From Neoechinorhynchus agilis (taxonomy: Eukaryota > Animalia > Acanthocephala): 64,000 nt of DNA. Shown here piece after piece: positions 47,079-58,390 of this stretch (positions within the stretch are counted from its first letter, which is position 1; each line of letters begins with the position of its first letter). The notes beneath the pieces were generated by a model. That model worked only from the letters and a program-made list of their open reading frames with translations, searched no databases and was not told the origin of the DNA. The stretch spans positions 4,124,389-4,188,388 of the forward strand of contig CM121343.1 in the NCBI GenBank assembly GCA_051530055.1, in the 5' to 3' direction. Both the position numbers and the translations under genes were made by a program.

Positions 47079-48260
47079 TTACTTTGAGCGGAAAGAGGCA
47101 ATGACATCAGAAGAAGCAATATTATCGGTAACATACAAAAAATTATCATTGCTTTTGATTCGCGGGTCAGTGCTTAAAGGAACATCATATTGATCGAAGT
47201 TATTGAATTTAGAAGCGTCAGCGAACATAATTGACGAGTGCTCGTGCACTGAATCGCAAAACGAAGGCATGGATAATTCATTGACTTTCTGGATATCTTC
47301 CAATTCCACGGACGACCGCTGAGAAATATTAGAGCACGTAACTGGTGATGGCGTGTCAAATTTGAAATCGATCCCTTGATCATCGTCGTCGTCAGGATCG
47401 GAACTGCGTATTGCACGATTATCAGCAGATTGACTTCTTGTGGGTTTAGTGCCGCATTTTTCGCTAGTGTTTAAGTCTGCATAGGTAACGGCTTGTTTAT
47501 CTCCTTGAGGCTTTTCAATTGAATGTTCAATAGACTTTCCATTACGAGACAACATAGGACAAGGTTTAAAATTCATCAGAGCGTCTAAGACATCGCAAGG
47601 GAGTGCTCTTTCAGTACCGATGGATTCATTCGATACTTTGCCATGGGATTCGACTCGGTTAAAAGCTATTAAAACTTCCTCCTTATCAGGACCATCGCTC
47701 GTTTGACACGCTGTGTCCATTATGGAAATCCCATCAGTGACTTGCTCGTGATCTCTAGTTTCCGGGAGGTTGATTCCGGATAAAAAACATTCCAATGGTT
47801 GGCTTGTTTGAATGCATTTATCGAAACGATCGTCCGGAAACCACTGAGTATGACTGTCCACGACAACGAGTGGTCCACATTGTTGATAACTGTTCGACAG
47901 ATTCACTATCGGGGTTTGCGTTGAACACTCGTCCATTTGAACGCTTTTAGGCTTCAAAATATCCGTTTGAAAGGACGCATCAACCAAATCATTCCTCATC
48001 GATTTACATTGACTTGAGAGCTTGAAGTCATTTGCTTCACCGACGGTCATGAACCACGGTCCGGATATATTTCTCCTACATTTTCGTATAATCTGTACTC
48101 CAACGTTTCTCAGACACATTCCGCGACTTGTTTGGGTACTTTGATCAGCTTTATCATCAATACCAGCAGACTTTAGGAAACGATGATCGATATTCTCAGT
48201 TTCATTCGTTAAAACGGCCAATGGTTTAATATTCGACCTATGAAGCTCAGAACAGGACAC
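47079..48260 (-). CDS. Unknown, probably disordered protein with about 8 TQT-like motifs; likely part of a longer gene (about 48500-45600)
   Basis: The 393-aa ORF contains STQT, VGVQI, SFQT, SVQM, STQT, HTQW, CIQT and ACQT. Protein-like ORF pieces continue on the same strand downstream. Confidence 0.65.
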   Translation of the reverse strand: MSCSELHRSNIKPLAVLTNETENIDHRFLKSAGIDDKADQSTQTSRGMCLRNVGVQIIRKCRRNISGPWFMTVGEANDFKLSSQCKSMRNDLVDASFQTDILKPKSVQMDECSTQTPIVNLSNSYQQCGPLVVVDSHTQWFPDDRFDKCIQTSQPLECFLSGINLPETRDHEQVTDGISIMDTACQTSDGPDKEEVLIAFNRVESHGKVSNESIGTERALPCDVLDALMNFKPCPMLSRNGKSIEHSIEKPQGDKQAVTYADLNTSEKCGTKPTRSQSADNRAIRSSDPDDDDDQGIDFKFDTPSPVTCSNISQRSSVELEDIQKVNELSMPSFCDSVHEHSSIMFADASKFNNFDQYDVPLSTDPRIKSNDNFLYVTDNIASSDVIASFRSK

Positions 48261-48886
48261 CTATATGAAAATGCATCCATGGAATCTTCATTAAAAGGAA
48301 ATTCTTACCAATTGATAAATCGAACCGCCTATTGGTACGGGAAACCGCTTAAAAACGTCGTTGGGAATCATAGCGCGCTTCAAGACCCGCTTTTCAGCAC
48401 CGATTTTCCTAAAAATTCTGCCGTTCTCCGAGCAATGGGCGCCCTTCGCGCAACCAATGATGACGTCATGGTCAAAACGCGCGCCGGTGCGAACTACCGC
48501 CTCACGCACACTTTTTGTCCCGGCTTTTAGGCGGGCAGCGAAAGTGCGCTCAGGAAATCATTGAACGTGATCCCTTTGAGTTTCCAATTGTTGCCCATTT
48601 GCAACAAAAATCCATAATTGCTCATGTCTATGGCCGAAAAATTAAGAGTTTATCGATTCCGATTTTTCGGAACAATCTTGTACGCGTTTATCAAGGTTGT
48701 AAGTTTTTCAAATGTGAAATCTGCTCAGATTGAACAAAAAAACAAGCGTAATCGAATTGTGGTCATAATGTCCGGTCAGCAGAATCGATCTTTGTTCATA
48801 AATTTTAGTTTCTAGTCGATTATCTGCATATTCCGTCGTAATTTCAACCTGTTTCCAATTTCAGAGCTGCGATTCTCTTTTTTTTT

Positions 48887-50770
48887 CAATTTCTGATTTT
48901 CTACTGTAGAGACTGAAACGATTTTTACAGAAAATGAATAAGCAGAAAAATTTAAATTTCAATTCCTGATCAATTTTGCAATTCCTGATTTTCTGTTGTA
49001 GAGACTGAAACGCAGACCGAAACGATTTTTACAAAAAATGAATAATCCGAAAAGTTTAAATTTTAATTCCTGGTCAATTTTGCAATTCCTGATTTTTTGT
49101 TGTAGAGATTGAGACGCTCTTTATAAAAAATGAATAATCAGAAAAGTTTAAATTTTATTTCCTGATCAATTTTGCAATTCCTGATTTTTTTGTTGTAGAG
49201 ACTTAAAAGCTTTTTACAAAAAATGAATAATCGAAAAGTTTAATTTATTTCTGATAATTTTGCAATTCCTGATTTTTTGTTGTAGAGACTGAAACGTTTT
49301 TTACAAAAAATGAATAATCGAAAAGTTTAAATTTTAATTCCTGATCAATTTTGCAATTCCTGATTTTTTGTTGTAGAGACTTAAAAGCTTTTTACAAAAA
49401 ATGATAATCAGAAAAGTTTAAATTTTATTTCCTGATCAATTTTGCAATTCCTGATTTTTTGTTGTAGAGACTTAAAAGCTTTTTACAAAAAATGAATAAT
49501 CACAAAAGTTTAAATTTTATTTCTGATCAATTTTGCAATTCCTGATTTTTTGTTGTAGAGACTGAAACGCTTTTACAAAAAATGAATAATCAGAAAAGTT
49601 TAAATTTTATTTCCTGATCAATTTTGCAATTCCTGATTTTTTGTTGTAGAGACCGAAACGCTTTTTACAAAAAATGAATAATCAGAAAAGTTTAAATTTT
49701 ATTTCCTTACCAATTTTGCAATTCCTGATTTTTTTGTTGTAGAGACTTAAAAGCTTTTTACAAAAAATGAATAAACGGAAAAGTTTAAATTTTAATTCCT
49801 GATCAATTCTGCAATTCCTGATTTTTTTGTTGTAGAGACTTAAAAGCTTTTTACAAAAAATGAATAAACGGAAAAGTTTAAATTTCAATTCCTGATTTTT
49901 TTTGTTGTAGAGACCGAAACGATTTTTACAAAAAATGAATAATCAGAAAAGTTTAAATTTTATTTCCTTACCAATTTTGCAATTCCTGATTTTTTTGTTG
50001 TAGAGACTGAAACGCTTTTTACAAAAAATGAATAATCAGAAAAGTTTAAATTTTAATTCCTGATCAATTTTGCAATTCCTGATTTTCTGTTGTAGAGACT
50101 GAAACGATTTTTACAAAAAATGAATAATCAGAAAAGTTTAAATTTTATTTCCTTACCAATTTTGCAATTCCTGATTTTTTTGTTGTAGAGACTTAAAAGC
50201 TTTTTACAAAAAATGAATAATCAGAAAAGTTTAAATTTTATTTCCTGATCAATTTTGCAATTCCTGATTTTTTTGTTGTAGAGACTTAAAAGCTTTTTAC
50301 AAAAAATGAATAAACGGAAAAGTTTAAATTTTAATTCCTGATCAATTTTGCAATTCCTGATTTTTTTGTTGTAGAGACTTAAAAGCTTTTTACAAAAAAT
50401 GAATAAACGGAAAAGTTTAAATTTCAATTCCTGATTTTTTTTGTTGTAGAGACCGAAACGATTTTTACAAAAAATGAATAATCAGAAAAGTTTAAATTTT
50501 GCTTCCTTACCAATTTTGCAATTCCTGATTTTTTTGTTGTAGAGACTTAAAAGCTTTTTACAAAAAATGAATAAACGGAAAAGTTTAAATTTTAATTCCT
50601 GATCAATTTTGCAATTCCTGATTTTTTTGTTGTAGAGACTGAAACGATTTTTACAAAAAAAGAATAATCAGAAAAGTTTAAATTTTAATCCGTGATCAAT
50701 TTTACAATTCCTGATTTTTTGTTGTAGAGACTTAAACGTTTTTTACAAAAGATGAACCATCGGAAAAGCA
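48887..50770. repeat. Tandem array of a ~93-bp unit, about 20 copies, with a ~539-bp higher-order period
   Basis: The unit is AATTCCTGATTTTTTGTTGTAGAGAC...TTTTACAAAAAATGAATAATCAGAAAAGTTTAAATTTT...CAATTTTGC. A variant block repeats at 49682 and 50221. Confidence 0.95.
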
Positions 50771-52145
50771 ATGGTCACATTGCTCCATGCGATTTTGTTA
50801 ACAACTCCGATGATAGTCTGCTTCTTAAAGTTTCAATCCCCACAGCCGACGAAGCGTTCGAGTGTGATTACTGGAAAGTGGTTGATTTTAAAGCTGAAAG
50901 GAACAAGGGTGTTTTGCTGCCACAAATAAATTCAACTCATCCACCGATAGTTTGGCGCAGTGCTGCAATGAAAGCTCCAGGTTGGTTTAATCATAGATGT
51001 GAGAATGGGAAACAACTCGAGGATCTCTACTGCGCAACAAGTGAAGATGCAATCGCGATGGCCTTGCAATATTTATCGACACGTGACAGCCGATCCGATA
51101 TCCCATTTAACCTATCATCCAGACTGTATAGTCTTGAGAGAGCGTTTGTGTCATTTGAAAAGGATAGCGCGAATGGGTTCCATGAGATGTTTAGTAAATC
51201 CCTTCCCAATCTCGACAACGTGGTCTGCGATGTATGCCGCAGTCCAGAATGCAATTCCAACGATGAAATCATCTTCTGTGAAAATTGCGACGTCGCTGTT
51301 CATCAAGGTTGCTACTCGGTAGCCAAGATTCCCAAAGGTGAATGGTTGTGTAATCTGTGTTCAGCCGGAATTCAGAACATCTCATGTTTCCTGTGCCCTA
51401 ACCGCTATGGCGCATTTCGAAAACTGCAAGTATTGTTTACTGAAACGCAAGATACCTTCAGTAGAAACTGAAATTCATATACATTACTCTGTATATGAAT
51501 AGAGTTGTTAAAAAATCGAGAAGTCTTAGGCTTTCCCTTATAAACTATGAAAAAGGAAGCTACTGGTGTCACATGAGCTGCGCCCTCTGGTCGAGTCTGG
51601 TAGCATTTGAAGTCAGTCCAAATACCCTGGACATTAAATTGACCATGTCCAATCTTGACCCAAGCTGGTGGGCACGTCCATGCTGCCTCTGTGGGATAAA
51701 GATGGGCGTTTGCATCAAGTGCGCTGAACCCACTTGTCCGTTGCATTTCCATGCCACTTGTGGCTATAAACACGGCTTACTCATGTACGTCATCAGTAAA
51801 TCCGATCAAACAAATGGATTTGATCAATACATCGCTTATTGTACGGAACATAGCAAAATCGATCCAGCAGCATGCGAATCCTTGCCTTCCTATGGTGGTA
51901 ATGTTGCCGGAAACACAACGAGCGCTTATGATCAATCTAACGAACGTTCACATAAATTCTACAGATTCATTCGTCTAGCTTCAACGCAAAAAAATCTTGG
52001 CATTGATAAACATTTATTCAGATACATTTATGATCACTGGAGAAATACTCGAAGAACCAATGGAAACTTACCGCTCATAAAATTCAACGACTGCCGTTTA
52101 TATCGTCGTACTGGTACAAAAGTTGCAGACAATGAGGAACTCTGA
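50752..52145 (+). CDS. JADE/rhinoceros-like PZP (PHD, zinc knuckle, PHD) protein in two ORF segments
   Basis: It contains VVCDVCRSPE...EIIFCENCDVAVHQGCY...IPKGEWLCNLC, CFLCPNRYGAF, WCHMSCALW and CCLCGIKMGVCIKC...C.LHFHATCG. The junction at about 51430-51550 is an intron or a frameshift. Confidence 0.85.
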
Positions 52146-52589
52146 AGTCCTCAGTAACGAAACAGTAAACATTTTTTATTCTTCGTTTCTTTTACAATTG
52201 GACTTGTTGCTTTCTTAATTTGCTAGGACTTATGTTCCGAACCTTAAATACACATCGTTCAACTGTTCATGTTAATTTTAAAAAGTTGTCCACAGAAATG
52301 TTTACATCCAATTGCATCAATAAATCAATTTTAATCGAATGAAAATGGCTAATTTTATACTAATCGAAAATACAAAGCAACTTAATCATCGGCAAATACT
52401 CAATAGTCATTTCGGTCACATTTAACCGAAAAAAAGAAGACCATAACGTTTATTTCACTTATAAAAAGACCATGTAAAACTTCGAAAAATAACTGATTAC
52501 ACAAATACGCTAATCAAAAGAAGGCGAATAATCACCTCTTTAAATCGGATTTCCCTGATTTAAATTTTAAATATCCAAGCGCTCAAAGT

Positions 52590-52830
52590 TCCGATGGGAA
52601 CGGCGAAACGTTTTTGTCCTCCATCGCCTCCTCAAGGATGCATTGACCAAAGACCTTTCTTAATCGCTAATTCTCTGATACAACCAACAATTTTCAAATC
52701 GGCTAAACTACTTGGTCCCATGGTGCCAATTGTCTCAATGGTGAGAGATTGGAGTGCCCTTTTCGCAACTTCATCGGCTCCGGTCGGGCAGATAAAGTCC
52801 CAAGGAAACGGCCTCTTTCTCCCGGACTGT
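52590..52830 (-). mobile_element. Heavily decayed CRE-type endonuclease remnant
   Basis: Across frames it reads (GE)RGRPFPWDFICP..GADEVAKRA...TIETIGTMGPSSLADL, echoing the W.RG..L.WD.TC and VET.G..G.SA motifs of the element at 19141. Confidence 0.5.
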
Positions 52831-53583
52831 TCATGCGCTGTTCGATATTTTCCCGCAATCTGCGCTTAAACCGAACGGCGGTTGACGAGAAGAGTTTAAA
52901 TGTCGTTGCCAAAGCCCTAAGAATTAAAAAAATTCGAAGTTATTAGAACTTAAAAATGATATTATGAATTATAGTAAGCAGAAACAGGGGAGCATTTTTC
53001 TTTGAACGATCAGTAGATTTCTTATTTGAATAATGGAAATAAATTTGAAAATCAAGATCGTGACTTTCTGAATAGATCGTGTTTGCGCGACATTCATCCA
53101 TGAAGAAACTACTCGCAGGTTGGCAATAAGGATCACTTGAATCAGAATTTCTGAAATATAGAGGTTGGAAACTACCAACCATTAAATTGTATAAACCATC
53201 TTTGGATTTACTGAAATAAGAGGAACACCGTTTTTTAGCAACGTCGACTATCCCAACTCGCCTACACATTTACTAGTAAACGTTGAATTAACAACTGAAC
53301 GTCTTATTCTTGATAAATCTATCACATTGAAATCATTGATTTTAGCTTTTTGGATAGTTTTTTGTCTTTATATTTACTAAAATGTTCGGTAATTAATGAG
53401 TACCCAATCGCAAAAAAAACCCAACAATCACAAACCGGAATATACATCGTTATTTGCCACTAAAAGTGCCACTCGTGAGAGAATCTGGATTCTGATTTGA
53501 ATACAACTCTTGCAAGCAAAAGTTTTATTACAACTGATTGGAAATGGTACATTTTCCCAACTATGATAGTAAAAGACGAGCGA

Positions 53584-56500
53584 CTAAAGGTCTGCCGACT
53601 TCGTTTCTTCATTTTTGGAAAACTCAAATCTTTCATAAAGATCAATGATGTAATCTAGAATGGGTTCCCAGTGCGGTCTATCTGTATCCATCATTTGATC
53701 GACAGTCTAGTGTAAGTAATAACGAAATATGAAGTATCTGACGCATAAATTTGTGGCTTACCAGGGATGTAATAACGCCTTCATCTTTCGCAATATCAAA
53801 ACCGACTTGCAACCTAGTCCTAGAATCAGAGCACACGATAAGATCGGAAATATTAGGAATCCTTTCTGGCACATAGGAATGTAGAAGAGCGAGCAAAGCG
53901 GAACCATCACTCCAACTTGAGCTAAAGTTCGTAACGTCGATGTTGCTATGATTTCGTATTCGTTCACGGCACCACTCTAGTAGAGCGTTTCGACGGCAGC
54001 CGCCATGATGTGGATATTGATTAAAAAGATGACAAAAAACGTCGCTTCTATCCTTTGTGCGAGATCCATTCTGCCAAAACGGCATATGATCTTGTTTCAT
54101 TGATTGAGATCGAGTTATTGCTTTAACATCATCAGTGGTAGTACCGAAGCATGTTCGAACGGATTGCCTGAGACTTCGTTGTGAACCAATTAAACCGCTG
54201 GGTTGATCGGATCCACTAGGCCGCCTTTCACTGACGGGTGAGATGCTACCGGAAGCCATCTCTATCCGTCTAATCATTTCCTTTATGGGTGCACGGTTAT
54301 TTGTTATAACATTCGTAATATCTGCTGTGTAATGGCGATAAGTCATATCTGATCCTGATGGTTTTAATTAGAAAAAAAGGTTAATTATCAATTTTTTAAA
54401 GTTTAGAATAGCAATGGCGTACCTGTTTTTCCGGCTGCCGACAAACATCGCGAATATTCGTCCAAATTCCCATCCTTGTCGGCTGTTTTCTTCGCCAATG
54501 ATCCGTTCATGACCGCGTTACACGACCTTGTTGTGCCAACATTGGCACGTTCCAAACATGCCTCGAGATGTCGAGCTTTTTCCTCGGCCTCGATTTTCAG
54601 GTCATTTGCTACGCGAACCGCAACTTGTAGATCTCGTTGGAAACATTTCCACTCCTCCAATTCCCTTGCGTATTTACTGTTGATTTCGTTAAGCTTGTAC
54701 TTAAATTCCATACATTCCTTTTCCAACGAATGGCATTTCCGTTTGAGTTCCACGATTTCCGCATCGTGGGACCGCATCATTTCATTGTTCATTTGGTCCA
54801 TCTTTTTCTTTTCTTCAGAAAGACCAACCCACATAACTTGAGCGTGGGCTTTTTCCTTAATGACATCTTCCAATTCCTTTTCTAGAACGCCAAGAGTATT
54901 TCGGTACTCTTCTTTTTCATTTTTCCATCTCGCTTCTCGCTCTTCCGCTTCTCGTTTCATCGAACTCAGTGAGTGCTGGGCATTTCTCAAATTGTCGGAT
55001 AATTTTTCATTCTTGTTGCGCAACTCTGCAACTTCCATTCGAAGTAAGCTTGCCTGACTGCAGTCCGGGAACGAAGCTTCATTAGATCGTAACTCGCGAC
55101 AATCTTTAATAGAGTCTTGCATCTCTTGTAGCTCTGCTTGTTGTTTTTCCAATAAAAATCGGCAAGAGCGTAGCTCGTTTTCAACGGCTCCACTGAACAC
55201 GGGAAAACAATTCGTTCGATGTTTGTTGGAACGATCAATACTGTTGTTGTTGCTGCTGGTGCTGCTGCTGCCGCTATCCACTCCAGTGGAGTGACGCTTG
55301 AATTCACTTCGACTCGACGAAGAATCGTCTAGGAGAAGCGGCCAAAAGAGTGTTGTTAACAGGAGGCGGAAAAGTGACGCTTAGCGGACAACCGAGATGT
55401 GTGCAACTAAGCGAGGGAACCTGGACGCGCCCGTAGAGCGGAAATAAATGCCGCGTATTCGCGCTCAATTACGTCACTCCGGTAGTCAGTGCCATCGATG
55501 GATTTAATCGTTAAAATCAATAATAAAAAATGTTGGCGACACCCAAGTCCTCCTTTTTTATTGGTGTGATTGAGTATCAAACCACTATTTTGAACAATGA
55601 ACCTTGGAACGATACAAGGACAATGGAGATGATGCCGGCGGAGCGATCAATGGGTAAACTTCTTATAAGAAGATTAAAAGTCACCTTGTCGGTTCGTTTT
55701 CGAAATCGGGCAGTGTGATGGGAAAAGGAAATGACATGTGAAACTAACCGAATGATGGATAGGATCCACTTCTGCAAGTAGTCCTTGAAATTATGGGAAT
55801 CATAGATATAATTGATTCGAAAATGTTGTCTAATTGAGTGCCTGTCGATCTGTATATCTTCGTCGGTTTGCCATGTTGCAAGTTCTCTTGTTTATTGTCA
55901 TCGTGGTTATTATTCAGAGGATCTGCATGGCATAAATTGTCTCCAGAGCTATTAGACCATGGGAAGGTCGCTTGCACGGACGCAGATGAACGCTTTTCTA
56001 TTTCAGCTAATCGATCTTTCAAGTCCTTTAGGGAAAATTGACGCAATATGTCCACATGTGGGTATTCCACGGTTGAAGTCGCTTCATGTTCCGTTTCACG
56101 ATTCGTGCTGACGGAAGTAGACAGCTTTCTCGAAGGTTTCTTGTTTTGAGAGCTTCTGACAGCTATCTCATGAACATAGCAAGCAACCTGTGATTCACGC
56201 TCCTCTAATTTCTTTTTGTATACAACCAGTTCTTTTTTGGTGCCATTCAGCTCTTCAGACATGCGATTAAGTTCCTTTTGAAGGCACTGTATCTCGGCCG
56301 TCCTATGAGACCGCCGCTGCGATCTCAGAATGTTAAGATATCGTCTCACGGAGTTGTCAGACTGCTCCTCCGGTGGCATCTGGGACGGGGAGACAGTATG
56401 CGACGACGCTACCATCGTAATGTTCTTGTGCTTATGTCATGAACTCTTAAGAGATTGCTTTAAGAAGTCATGATGTTGATGAGGATCGCTGTTTGCTCCA

Positions 56501-57043
56501 CAAACCCGATGTCTGAGTTCTCGATTCCACGGGCACGCTGATATTTAATGGCACCGTGGCGTCTTCAGGCTTACACGTTCTTGATACAAAGCCGCACTCG
56601 CCGTAGCTGAAATCAGTGCAGTTGCTTTTTACCATCGGCGGTTGATTGGACTTCGGTGTGTGTCTCGCTTGAGATTGTTGAGCGCTCGAATTAGTAACCT
56701 TTTTCGATATATGCAATGCTCTCATTCCACCAAAATTTTGGACTGGGGATAAACTTGACGTGAGTACAAAGCAAGTGCCGATTTCAGCAGTTTGTCTAAT
56801 TTCAGGATTAATTGCATAGTGAACTTCATCATTTTGACAATTAATTGTCTTGAAGATAGGCATCTTGTTGCCGGACTGTTGCCAGTAAGGAGGAAATATT
56901 TCACCTAGACAACCTTGCCGTTTCATGCCGACGCTGATCTCCTCCCAAGCATCAGTACCGGAACCGAAAACCGGTATTCTCGAAACGCATTTTGGCCGTA
57001 CTTGTAAAGGATCTCGCAGATGATTATCGCGACGGGTTGGCAT
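53584..57043 (-). CDS. SPECC1: SPECC1/cytospin-like coiled-coil plus C-terminal CH-domain protein, multi-exon; 5' extent uncertain
   Basis: It contains EEWKCFQRDLQVAVRVANDLKIEAEE and GGCRRNALLEWC...NIDVTNFSSSWSDGSALLALLHSYVP. A spliced last exon TVDQMMDTDRPHWEPILDYIIDLYERFE ends at TAG 53586-53584. Confidence 0.88.
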
Positions 57044-58390
57044 ACTTGCGTGATTCTCTGAAATGAGATAGGGATTTGTGTTTCTTTTAAGAAACCTGAG
57101 GAGTTTTGCCCGTTTGCAAGAGGAGATTTCGCATGGTTAGATTAAAAAACGAGCATTTAAAGATACTTTTAGTTTTCAGTGTGCTGACCAAGGCATGAGG
57201 GATGCCTGTAGGAATTGGAGGAGCAATAGCCTCGAATATGAAACACACGAGAAAGACGTTTGTTGTCAACCGTATCCGGTACGGTCCATTAGAAACCATC
57301 GAAGCACACTGTTACCGAGCAGTAAGCGCTACACTATGGAAAAAAGGGAAAGTGTAACCAAGTCATCGTGTTCCGCATTGCCGTCTACGACCTCAGAATA
57401 GGCAGAATTTATTGATCCTGTCGTCACCTCTAATAGTCAGTGAAACGTTTTTGGGATGATCAGAGATAATCGCGGGGTAACTTACCAATGTTTCACACTC
57501 TTCCTTTTCGTGTCAAAAAAGCGATAGCTCACCTAATGTCGACTTAATGTCAAAATTATAACAATTCGAGAGCGCACTCACATATTCTTACAACACCGAG
57601 GAGACCTTTGACACTTGCTAGTTCTTTGCAGTTAGAAAGATGGTACGCAATCGATCGTGCCTCTCTTAGGAATACTGATGCTTCTTCAAGAGGAGGAAAG
57701 TAAATATAAGACGCACTATGCCTCAAGCGGTCTAATCTTGAATTGGAGATCCTCCTTGTAGAAATTGTTCCTTAATATAGTCATAACCTGTTCAGGGTCG
57801 GTGGGGTTTGATACAGAGTACCCTCTTTTTAACAATTCAAAACGAATTTTTGAGACTGATCGATCTTAAAGTTGAGCACTGACTCAAAAAAAGCTCAACC
57901 GTCTTCAGTTGGCTTACGTTACCTTATGCATTTATTTGAAAAAAGTTTTTGCGGAAAATCAACACACGTAAATCCAAGTTGGAATTATTCACGTTTCTTC
58001 ATAAAATAGTGGCACAAATGATGCAAACAAAAAAATTGTTATTAGTTTTCTCTACCGCGACTTAAACAACTTGCTATAGGCCAAAAAAACCTCACGCATC
58101 TCGATCTTCATGAGAAAAATTAAATACTCAACACGGCCGTGAGTGAGTGCTCATTTATAGCGCAACTCTATTATAATTCCGAATCGCTAGATCACTTTAC
58201 CTAATGTTTTCTAATCTAAAATTCGCCAAGGTAGTTCACGCTCTAAATGGGAGCAATAAGAAAAGTCATGCTTTTTTAAGTTACAAACAGAAGCCATATT
58301 CCACATCAAAATTAAATGAAACGCAGAGAAAATCCTATGCATTTGCAATGCCGATGTCCTTAAGTATGCGACCATTATGCAAAAAAATGA

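Noticed and set aside
57620-57900. Possible decayed gag-like frame on - (FELLKRGY...QVMTILRNNF)
   Set aside because: It is too short and interrupted, with no zinc knuckle, LTR or neighbouring pol.
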